64,000 bases of DNA from Camelus ferus (taxonomy: Eukaryota): NCBI RefSeq assembly GCF_009834535.1, contig NC_045696.1, positions 120,530,001 to 120,594,000 on the forward strand. Direction: 5' to 3'. Below are positions 54,788 through 64,000 of this stretch, in pieces; the first letter of the stretch is position 1; each line of letters opens with the position of its first letter. Under the pieces are notes generated by a model. The model was not told the origin of the DNA. It did no database searches and was given only the letters and a program-made list of their open reading frames with translations. Position numbers and translations under genes: made by a program.

Positions 54788-54826
54788 CCCCACAAGTTAG
54801 AACTGAATGTCAACAGAAGCACAGTA

Positions 54827-55051
54827 CAGATGACCCTTGAACAACTTGGGGGTAGGGGTGCTGACACTGCTCCCCCACGGGCAGTGGAAGATACACATAT
54901 AACTTTATAGTTAGCCCTCCCTATCCTCAGATCCAAATCCTCAGATTCAACCAACCACGGATTGTGTAGTACTGTAGTACATATTTACTGAAAAAATCCA
55001 TGTATAGGTGAATATGCATAGTTCAAACCCATGTTACTCAAGGGTGAACTG
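54827..55051. mobile_element. Tigger2-derived MITE (MER8/Tigger2a-like)
   Basis: TIRs cagatgacccttgaacaac / gttactcaagggtgaactg flanked by TA on both sides. Confidence 0.8.
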
Positions 55052-55418
55052 TATATTATTTGTTAATTATGGAAGGTACATTAGTTGTTGATTGATAACA
55101 TTGGTACACATGAGTAATTAATAAATATTAATGAAAAATTATTTTTTAAAAAAGACAGTTTGGGCTATTTAAGTCTTTTGCATTTCTTTGTAAATTTTAG
55201 GATCAGTAGGTCAATTTATGCAGAAAAGGGCAGCTGGAAATTCCACAGGGGTTTCACTAGATCAATTTGGGGATGTTTACTGCCTTAACCATGTTAAGTG
55301 TTCCACTGACAACATGGGATGTCTTTCCATTTATTTAGGTCTTCTATAATTTCCTTCAATGACGTTTTGGAGCTCTCAGTATTCAAGTCTCATAACTTTT
55401 TTGTGAAATTTATTCCTA

Positions 55419-56172
55419 GGGTGTGGAGAAAAGGGAATCCTCCTACACAGCTGGTGGGAATGTAGCTTGGTTCAACCATTATGGAAAACAGTACAGAGAT
55501 TCCTCAAAAGACTAGGAACAGACTTACCATATGACCCAATAATCCCACTCCTGGGCATATATCCAGAAGGAACTCTGCACCCCAATGTTCATAGCAGCAC
55601 TATTTACGATAGCCAAGACATGGAAACCACCTAGATGTCTATCGACAGATGACTGGATAAAGAAGCTGTGGTATATTTATACAATGGAATACTACTCAGC
55701 CATAAAAAAGAATAAAATAATGCCTTTTACAGCAACACAGATGGACCCAGAAATCATCATTCTCAGTGAAGTAAGCCAGAAAGAGAAAGAAAAATACCAT
55801 AAGATATCACTCCTATGTGGAATCTAAAAAAAAAAAAAAATCACTATGAACTCATCTACGAAACAGAAACAGACTTGCAGACATAGTAAACAATCTTATG
55901 GTTACTGGGGAAAGGGGGTGGGAAGGAATAAATCTAGGAGCCTGAGATTTGCAAATGGTAGCTACTATATAGAAAAACAGATTTTAAAAAAATCAAGTTT
56001 CTTCTGTATAACACAGGGAACTATATTCAATATCCTGTAATAACCTTTAATGAAAAATATGAAAATGAATATATGTATGTATATGCATGACTGGGACATT
56101 CTGTTGTACATCAGGAATTGACACACTGTAACTAACTGTACTTCAATAAAATACTAAAAACATAGTACAAAT
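55419..56172 (+). mobile_element. Young 5'-truncated L1 with 13-bp TSD
   Basis: TSD aaatttattccta (55406) / aaatttatcccta (56173); ORF 55585..55827 is the ORF2 C-terminus. Confidence 0.93.
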
Positions 56173-59100
56173 AAATTTATCCCTAAATATTTTATTTTTG
56201 ATGCTACAGTAAATGGAACCGTTCTCTCAATTTCACCTTTGCATTGTTGTTAGCACACAGAAATTCACTGCATTGTGTACAAATACAACATGATCTTGTA
56301 TTCTGCAACTTTGCTGAACTCATTTGTTCATTCTAATAGGTTTTTCTTCTTATTGTTTAAGAGAATCTATACACAGGATCATACTGTCTGCTAACAGAGA
56401 CAGTTTTACTTCTTCCTTTCCAATTTGCACACCTTGTATTTATTTTCCTTATCTAACTGCCCTGCCAGTACAGTACAACTGTACCTCCAGTACCATGCTG
56501 AATGAAAGCCGTGAGGGTGGACATTTTTTCTGGGCTCACCTTAGGGGGAAGCTTTCAGTCTTTCACCATTAAGTATGACATTCAAAGGTTTTCCACAGAT
56601 ACCCTCATCAGTCCTCATCCATCCCTAGTTTGTTGAGGTGTTTTTACTCATAAAAGGGTGTGAGATTTTATCAAATGCTTTCTGAGAAACTGTTGAAATC
56701 ATCATGTGGTCTTTATCTTTTATTCTATTAATAAGATATATTCATTGATTTGCATGTTCAGAAAGGTGTGCATTCTTGGGATAAACTGTACTCAGTCATG
56801 GTATATAATCCTTTTAATATGTTGAAGTCGGTTTATTAGCGTTGAGGATTTTAATGCCTTTATTAACTATGGGTCTTGGTTTGTTGTTTTGTTCTGGTGC
56901 ATTTGTCTGGTTGTGGTATCAGGGGAACACTGGACTTTTAGAATGAGTTAGGAAATGTTGCCTCATTTACTTTTTGGACAAGTTTTTGAAGGATGGGTGT
57001 GAATGAATTAAGTATTTGGTAGAACTCACTATGAAGCCATCTCAGTCTGGGCTTCTCTTTCTGGGAAGATTTTTTTCTTTAATTACTAATTTCATCTTTT
57101 GTTATTGCTCTACTCCATTTTCTTTCTGATTCATTTTTGACAGCCTGTATCTCTGGGAACCTGTCCGTTTCATCGAGGCTGTCTCATCTGCTGGCACACA
57201 ACTGTTCACGGTATTCCTTTGTACTCCACAGTAATGCATTCAGTAGAAGCATTCCCTCCTCCATGCCTGATTTTAGTAATCTGAGTCCTCTCCCTTTTTT
57301 TATTGGTTACCATGAAAAAGTCTGCCAATCCTGATCTTCCCAAGGAACTGACTTGCTTCTGCTGGTTTTTCTCCTTCATTTTCTACTCCCTATGTCATTT
57401 ATTTCCTCTTTAGTCTTTATTAGTTCCTTCCTTCTACTTGCTTTGGGTTTACTTTGCTCTTCTTTTTCTAGATTCTAAGAGGTCAAGGCTAACTTACTGA
57501 TTTATGACCTTTCTTCTCTTTAAATGCAGATGTCTACAGCTATAAATTTCTCACTGAACACCCCTTTAGCTGCAGCCGCAAGTTCTGGTATGCTATGCTT
57601 TCATTTCATTCACCTCAGCATCCTCTAACTTCCCTCAGTCCACTGGCTACTTAGCCATGTGTTGCTTCATCTCCACATATCTGTGAATCTCCCAAATTCC
57701 TTTCTGTTACTGAGACCTCGTTTCAGTCCACTGTGGTTAAAGAACATGTATGTTGATATGGTTCAGTGCTTTCAAATTTAATCTTACTGAAGACCCCTTG
57801 GACGTGACAAGTCACTGTTTTCTTGCCGCTTTCAATATTTTCTTTTTCTTTCAACGATTTTCTTACCATGTGTCTAGAATGGCTCTCTGATTTTTCTCCT
57901 ACTTGGAGTTCACTGAGCTTCTCAGATGTGCGGATTAATGTTTTTCATCAAACCTGGATGCGTAGGGTTTCAAGCCACTGCTTCTTCAAATATCCTTTCT
58001 GCTCCCTTTTCTCTCCTCGCCTCCTGCCGTACGAATGTCAGTACGTTCGCTGGTGTTCCACACATCCCTGAGGCTCTGTCCTTTTTCCTTTATTCTCTTA
58101 GTTTTCATATCTCTAACTGGATGCCAAGTGATCTCTTTTCAAGTCCTTGTTTCTTTTCCCTTGCCAGGTGAAATGTGTTCAGCTGTGAGTGAATTTTCCA
58201 TTTCAGCTATGATACTTTTCATCTCCAGAATGCTATTTGCAGTTTCTATCCCCTTACTGATACTATCTATTTGTTGGAGCATTTTTTTCATCCTTTCCTT
58301 TTAATTCTTTAGACAGGGTTTCTTCTAATTCTTTGAAAATGTTTTTAATCACTAATTAAAAGTCACTGTCTAGTAAGTCCAATGTCTGGAATTAGGAAGG
58401 TACAGTTTTTCCCATATAGGACATACACTTTCTTACTTCTCCGCCTGATCTCTAACTTTGTTCAAAGCGGGGCATTCTGATTACGATGCATCACCTTCAG
58501 AAATAAGATATCAATGTTGTTGCTGCAACGTCTGTATTTTCCCCTCATGTATGGCCCCTGAAGTCTTTGCTCATTTAGATTAGTGGCCGGCTAATGACCG
58601 GACAGACATCTCACATCTCCAGAGCCGGTGAGTGTCCCAGGCTCCGCTGAGGCTCTGTCTGTGCCGAGGCCACTGTTAACACCGCAGTTCACAAACTGCC
58701 TCGCCCTTCAGCTCCCACTCGCACAGGCTCAAGGTCAGCCCCAGTACTGGGGGTCTCCTCCGCTCCTTCCTGGGCTCATACACAAGCCTGCGAGTGCATG
58801 TGGCCTGACAGAGGCCCAAGAAGTCGTCCAAACTTTTCAAAGGCCCCATGGGAATCTTTTTCTTGCTTTAAAGTTTTGTGTCAGCCTCTTATTAGCACAA
58901 CTCGGAGTGCCACCTCAGGCAGCTGCAACGGTAAACACACACCAGCAACGCTTTCAACAAATGCCCTGCGGCTGGAGTTTTCCTCAAAGAACAAGGTATC
59001 AGTCAGCTCAAACAAGGACCGGCCCTGATCATGGGGCTTTTTGAGCAAGCTGGTCAGATAGGGACAGTTCTCTGGAAATGGGGCTCTGAGGGAGTTCCAA

Positions 59101-59789
59101 AGCCATTATGACCCTTCCAGTGGCTACCAGACTGTTGGTTTTCCTCTTAAACCTTTGTTTTCAGACACTGTATCAAATATATTCCGTATCAAAAAATTTT
59201 ATTTCCACCATAATCACTTATTTATCCAATTTCACCACTACTGCTGAACTTTTAGTTCGCTTCCAGTTTTTTACAATTATAAAGAAAGCCATTCTGAAGA
59301 CAGCCTAAATCTCTGAGTTTATTCTCAGTTCTTCCTCTACAAGCCGTACATCCAAAAGCCCCTGGGATGACGATGTGTCACGTGCACTCCCCACAGGGCA
59401 CTGCTGGGCTCTCAGGCTACTTGGCTTCTTTGCTGCATCCAAGAGCTGCCTATAAACTCTCTTTCACTGCAGTCTGCATAACCTTCATAGTTTCTTCCTT
59501 CTTCTCTGATCACTCTCCTCTTGTTCCCAAAGTTCAACTTTGTAAAATTCAGGCCTTCAAAACCCTTTACTTCAGGGGAGCCATACCGCTCAAAAATTTC
59601 AACTTCCAACACTATCTGCGACTTTAAAATATGTAATCCTAACACTGATAACTTTCTTGCACACTCCTATACTGTTTCAACTCTACATTAGGACAAAATT
59701 CCACTAAGATGTTTTACCATCAAATTCAGCAAGTACCATATATATCAATCTTCCCTAAAACTGAGAAGCTAAATGAGTCAAAAATGTAA

Positions 59790-60000
59790 CAAGTTTCTAC
59801 TGTACAGCACAGGGAACTATATTCAATATCTTGTAGTAACCTATAATGAGAAAGTACATGAAAATGAATATATGTATGTATACATGTGACTGAAACATTA
59901 TGTTGTCCACCAGAAACTGACACAACATTGGAAACTGATTATACATCAATAAAAAAGACAATAAACAATAAAAGTAAAAAGATAAACAATGCTAAAAAAA
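59790..60000 (+). mobile_element. L1 3'UTR fragment
   Basis: gtacagcacagggaactatattcaatatcttgtagtaacc...atcaataaaaaa. Confidence 0.85.
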
Positions 60001-61789
60001 TGGGGTAGCACAAAAAGCATATATGGAAAATATAATTTAGAATACTGTAGAGGGGTAAGCTGAAAAAACCCATGTATAAGTTGAGAAAAACAGCAATTTT
60101 TCAAGAATTAGTCCCCCAGGGACAAACTAAAAGTTTAACTCAAGAAAAAAGAAAAAGGGCAGAGCTAAGATCCAAGCAGCCTAAATCACCAATCGTAATT
60201 TGATGAGAAAGTCAGAACTGGAAACCGGGTGGTCATCCGACATGACACCTGGGGGAAAGCCTCAGTGGTCAGAATGTTCTCCTAACACTTTCTAAGAAAA
60301 CGCCACTTTGCTGCTCTTCCTCAGCCACCAGCCATTTCCCACTGGGGTCTCAGCAGCTCATGAAGGCACGTGATGAGGGCAGCACCTCCCAGCCCTTCCC
60401 TGCCACCCTGGACCTGGGACGATGCCAAGCCCTACTGCCACCCACAGACCAGAGCAAAGCTGGGGCACGGCTGCGTCCAGAGGAAACCCAGTCTCCCAAT
60501 CACCACACAAACTTCCCCAGGACGATATATGCGGTCAGCTAAACTGTCACGTTTTCTGAAATGTGACACTGGGATACCACTGCCTAAAACATGGCTCTGA
60601 AATACAGAAGGCATGTCTCTGTGATAAAAATCATTTGGGAATTAACAAGAGAGGTTTTTGCAAAGTTAACCGATGATTCCAGATTTTTACTTGAGCGGCT
60701 TACTAGAGTCATTTGAATGTACCCACTGAATAAAAGTGATAATGAAAGCAACTAACCATGACAATAACAAAGAATCATTTGGAAAATAATCATCAGAAGA
60801 GGTGTTTAAAATATTAATCAAAATGCTAATAACACTGGGGGAAAAATCAAAATAATGGTGGTAGGCAGGGAGGAGGCAGGCATTTTATGCCAAGGAGCAC
60901 AAGGGAACATTCCGGTTACGTTCTGCATCTTGAGAGTGGTTGAAATTGCATGGGTGTGTGCATTTGCTGAAAAGTTCTTGGAATGGTTAAGATCTGTGTA
61001 CTTCACAGCATATGAATTTTATGCCAAAAAAGAAAAGGAGAACTATAAATAAATATTAATGATATGCACGCTCCGGTTTCTAGGGGAAGTATCCTGATGT
61101 CTGCAACTTATATTAAAATACATTTTTAAAAGATGAATTGATAGAGGGATGGATAATTATATGACAAAGCAAATATGTAAAAGTATTAATTATTTAGAAT
61201 ATGTGGAGTGAGTATATATATACACATGTATATACGCAAGTTCACTGGAAAATTCAACTTTTCTTGAGATTTGAAAATTTCATAATAAAATATTGACAAA
61301 ATATTGCTACATGGAGCCGGGATTCTTTAATTGGTTTTTGATTGTATTCTGATCAATGCAACGCCAAGAGAGAACGAGCATGAAAAATAATTAAGTATGT
61401 TGTAAAAATACAGAGCTCTTTCTAAAAAATAAACAGCACAAAATTGTGTCAGATTGGTAAGGAATAAACTTCTGAATTATTTTAGTTTATCAAAGGTATT
61501 TCATTGTCTGACCAATTTGTGGTTAACCATGATCAATGAACCGTATCACGAAAAGCACCAAAGATTCCCCACAACTTTTTATGTACATAATATTCAATTT
61601 CGATTTCTAGTAGACTTCCTTTCAGACCCAGACCAAACTAGGCACAGAACAGATATGAATACAGTGAACCTGACGGGGATGGGGGGTGGTACAGACAAAC
61701 AGATCGCATGACAAGCAGGGATAGAACTATAAAGCGGAAGCAATCTACGACACTCCTTGTAATCACTTACCATAATCACATCATGCATA

Positions 61790-62610
61790 TTTAAGGAGTC
61801 TGAGATTTCAAGTGGTAACTCATCTCTCCCTCAGCTGCTGCAGCAGGTCCAGGGCGGTTTGTCCTTTGCTCGCACAGCCAGCCCTTCCACCACTTTCCCA
61901 CTTCGCTCCCACTCATACCATCCGACCCACTCAGCCAATCTTGTTGGCTCTGCCATCGAAACACACCTAGTGCCTGATTGCTCCCACCACTTCCACCTCT
62001 TCCTGACTCCTACAAAGCCTCCCAGCTGCCCCTGCCCACAGCCCTTCAGTCGGTCCCCAACATGGGAGCTGGAGCCACTCTGCTGACACCTACCTTGGTC
62101 CACGTCTCTCATCTGCCCGAGCCCTCCAAAGGCTCCCATCTCACTGGGGCAGAAGTGCAAGTCCCCTGTGAGAGTCCACAGGGCCCCTCCTGCCTCCTTC
62201 CTGCTCACACAGACCTCCCCGCTCCTCCCCCAAAGCACCAGACACCCTCCCGCCTAGAGCCTGGCCCAGAGGCTCCTCCCCAAGATCTCCACGTGGTGTT
62301 TCCTCTAATGGGTCAGGTCTTTTCTTAAATGACATCTTCTCTGAGGCTTCTTTGGCCAATTTACTTCAGTTCTACCCTACCCACCAACTGCCTTCATTAT
62401 CCCTCTTTTTCGCTGTATTTTTCTCAATAACACATTTATCACCTAGCACATCACGTGCTTTCCTGATGTATACACTGTTATTGTCTATCACTCCCACTGG
62501 AAGGAGAGCCCAGAGCACGTGTTTCTGCCCCTTTCTCGCTGCTGTATCACTGGTCCCTAAGACAGCAGCTGTCACAGACGACACACTGAGTTAGTATCTG
62601 CTGGCGGACT
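61790..62610. mobile_element. Degraded L2
   Basis: pyrimidine-rich L2-type body ending gctgtatcactggtccctaagacagcagctgtcacag; boundaries approximate. Confidence 0.5.
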
Positions 62611-62639
62611 GAACGGGTGGCAGGTGGGCGGGCGTGCTA

Positions 62640-62831
<192 letters not shown>

Positions 62832-63837
62832 TTACTTTCAGTTTACACATACAACCCTCCTGCCGCCCCCGCTGTGAGCGCTGACCACCTGCGTGAGAAC
62901 CAACAGAACTAAAAAAGGTAGCAAGGGCTAGCCAACAAGGGCGGTCTACTGCCCAGGACAGATACTGTCATCTACGGAGGAAGACATGCAAGACAGCAAT
63001 TAAGAGTTGCTCAAACAGCCTGAGAAAGACAGCACCTGGGGCCTTTCTCTAGTGTCCTAAAAGGCACAAGGGTCACCTGCTACCCAAAAAAACCCTGCCT
63101 AGTGCTCAACAGCAGGAGGTAATGACTGTTGGGACCTAGAAATCAGGCACTGGGGAGGCAGCCTGGTCCTGAAAGTCTCCAAGACGCAGCCCCACCACAC
63201 CATCACATGTGACCCGGGGATACTTCTTTAAACTCTGAGTTTCAATTTCCTTAAGCATAAAATGAGGGGGGAATTACTCAACCCAAAGGATGACTGTATG
63301 GATAAATGAGATATAAAGGGTCTAACACGGTCCTGGGCCCACAGTAAACACCCAAATGTAGACTGCTTCCCTACCTGCAATCATTTACTCTGTGATACCA
63401 ACAGGCTGATATAAATAGTATTACAAATGATAGCTTCAGAAAGCCCAAAGACATTCTACTGCTTTCTTTATGACTTCTACACACCTCTGTTTATCTGTAT
63501 TCTTTTAGTGTATCACTAATTTCCTCTAATGAATTATGAATTCCTTGAAGCCAGAGACCATGTCTTACCCGTTCCAAACCACTCAGTTTTTAGCAGAAGT
63601 ATATATATATATATATATATAAAACTATCTTCAATGTATTATGAACAAACTTTTATATTGTGCGTAACATTTAATAATAATTAATACTAACTTTTAAAAT
63701 AAAAAAAAACAGAAAGCTATGCTGAAGATCATACTATATTGGGAGTCAGCACTGTGCCTAATTAAGTCCTAATAAAGTCATATTAAAATCAACTTATTTG
63801 TTTTACCAAGAAACAAAAATGCCAGCAATCCTGCTTC

Positions 63838-64000
63838 TGAGTAATATATCCAGAGGGAATTTTAATTCGAAAAGATACATGCACCTCAATATTCGTAGCA
63901 TCACTATTTACAATAGCCAAGATATGGAAAACAACCTAAATGTCCACCAACAGATGGCTGGATAAAGAAGTTGTGGTATATTTATACAATGGAACACTAC
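63838..64000 (+). mobile_element. L1 ORF2 3' fragment running off the window
   Basis: attcgaaaagatacatgcacc...tatttacaatagccaagatatgg...gataaagaagttgtggtata. Confidence 0.9.

Larger units (their letters stand above)
51810..59150 (-). mobile_element. Ancient, internally deleted L1M (3' end, ORF2 pieces, ORF1/5' region) hosting several younger insertions
   Basis: collinear antisense L1 motifs resume on both sides of the insertions at 52150, 52869, 53640 and 55419; outer boundaries approximate. Confidence 0.65.

Overview
Mammalian genomic DNA, almost certainly camelid: eight copies of a tRNA-Ala-derived SINE of the vic-1 type are present. Two protein-coding genes converge tail-to-tail. On the + strand is the 3' part of COL6A6 (collagen VI alpha-6): 10 exons from 629 to a TAA ending at 35170, covering the end of the Gly-X-Y helix, a 12-nt microexon, two vWA domains and the unique tail. 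On the - strand is the 3' part of PIK3R4/VPS15: 8 exons from 62806 to a TGA at 38481, encoding the WD40 region. Every exon has GT-AG boundaries and the phases join into open frames, so both genes look intact here. Introns are rich in L1 fragments of several ages, SINEs, hAT/Tigger MITEs, LTRs and L2/MIR. I found no convincing new multi-gene system. The most interesting signals are a candidate L1 3' transduction, a doubly truncated tail-less L1 insertion, a triplicated target site, an AT-to-GC bias in amino-acid changes, a competing splice donor in PIK3R4, an apparently extended COL6A6 C-terminus and interleaved poly(A) signals between the two genes. All comparisons to human proteins and repeat consensus sequences are from memory and need confirming by alignment.
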